Below, piece after piece: positions 63,764 through 64,000 of a DNA stretch of 64,000 bases (the first letter of the stretch is position 1; each line of letters begins with the position of its first letter). The notes beneath the pieces were generated by a model that saw only the letters and a program-made list of their open reading frames with translations, was not told where the DNA came from and made no database searches. This DNA comes from Thermaceae bacterium (GTDB lineage: Bacteria > Deinococcota > Deinococci > Deinococcales > Marinithermaceae): positions 5,690 through 69,689 of the forward strand of contig JAMOVS010000002.1 in NCBI GenBank assembly GCA_027061845.1, written 5' to 3'. A program made the translations under genes and the position numbers.

Positions 63764-64000
63764 ATGTGGATCTCGACCCGTGCCCAGTACGGACTTCGCG
63801 CGCTTCTTGAGATCGGCTCCCGTGGGCCGGATCCGGTGCCCCTGAAAGAGGTGGCGGAAGCCCAGAAGATCAGCCAGCACTACCTGGAGCAGATCGCCTC
63901 GGCGCTCCGCCGGGCGGGCTTCATTAAGAGCGTCCGGGGGGCCAAGGGCGGCTACAAGCTCGCCCGGCCGCCGGAGGAGATCACCGCCCTCGAGGTGGTG
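63764..64000 (+). CDS. Rrf2 family transcriptional regulator (3' end outside the window)
   Basis: ATG at 63764. MWISTRAQYGLRALLEIG....VPLKEVAEAQKISQHYLEQIASALRRAGFIKSVRGAKGGYKLARP is the Rrf2 winged-helix signature. The frame is open to the end of the window. This ORF is absent from the ORF track because it is unterminated. Confidence 0.85.
   Translation, partial: MWISTRAQYGLRALLEIGSRGPDPVPLKEVAEAQKISQHYLEQIASALRRAGFIKSVRGAKGGYKLARPPEEITALEVV

Overview
This is a very GC-rich, almost gap-free bacterial chromosomal segment. Many adjacent genes share 4-nt ATGA/GTGA start-stop overlaps. Gene content and protein sequences look Deinococcus-Thermus (Thermaceae-like), but that assignment is inference only. 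I can support 56 protein-coding genes, a compact tRNA-Pro/Gly/Arg cluster, and a few promoter-like and terminator-like elements.

The content is mostly core housekeeping:
- clpC-radA-PIN/TRAM and sucCD
- M48 and S9 peptidases, an RNB exoribonuclease, and ompH-ftsK
- uvrD, trpC, and a Liv-type ABC transporter with an embedded acyl-CoA ligase
- queA, dnaG, bamA, hflX, a thiolase and aconitase
- tsaB, rpmE, tdk, miaA, a znuCB-like transporter and an Rrf2 regulator

I saw no CRISPR array, transposase, integrase or phage genes.

The most unusual items are:
1. A 1008-aa Zn-ribbon/class III cyclase/AAA_16-STAND/TPR protein, translationally coupled to an unassignable 135-aa ORF and packed between bamA and dnaG.
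2. A 791-aa secreted M1-like gluzincin/beta-propeller protein with a C-terminal beta-barrel-like domain, coupled to ftsK.
3. A full-length archaeal/eukaryal-type (Lig1-like) ATP-dependent DNA ligase.
4. A BatA-like vWA gene whose conserved N-terminal membrane domain has no canonical start codon. A CTG overlapping the upstream stop is the likely start. It is paired with a secreted 516-aa unknown protein, and the pair sits between tsaB and a GNAT gene.
5. Two paralogous small beta-barrel-like proteins flanking uvrD.

All functional calls rest on motif recognition by eye. No database search was run.
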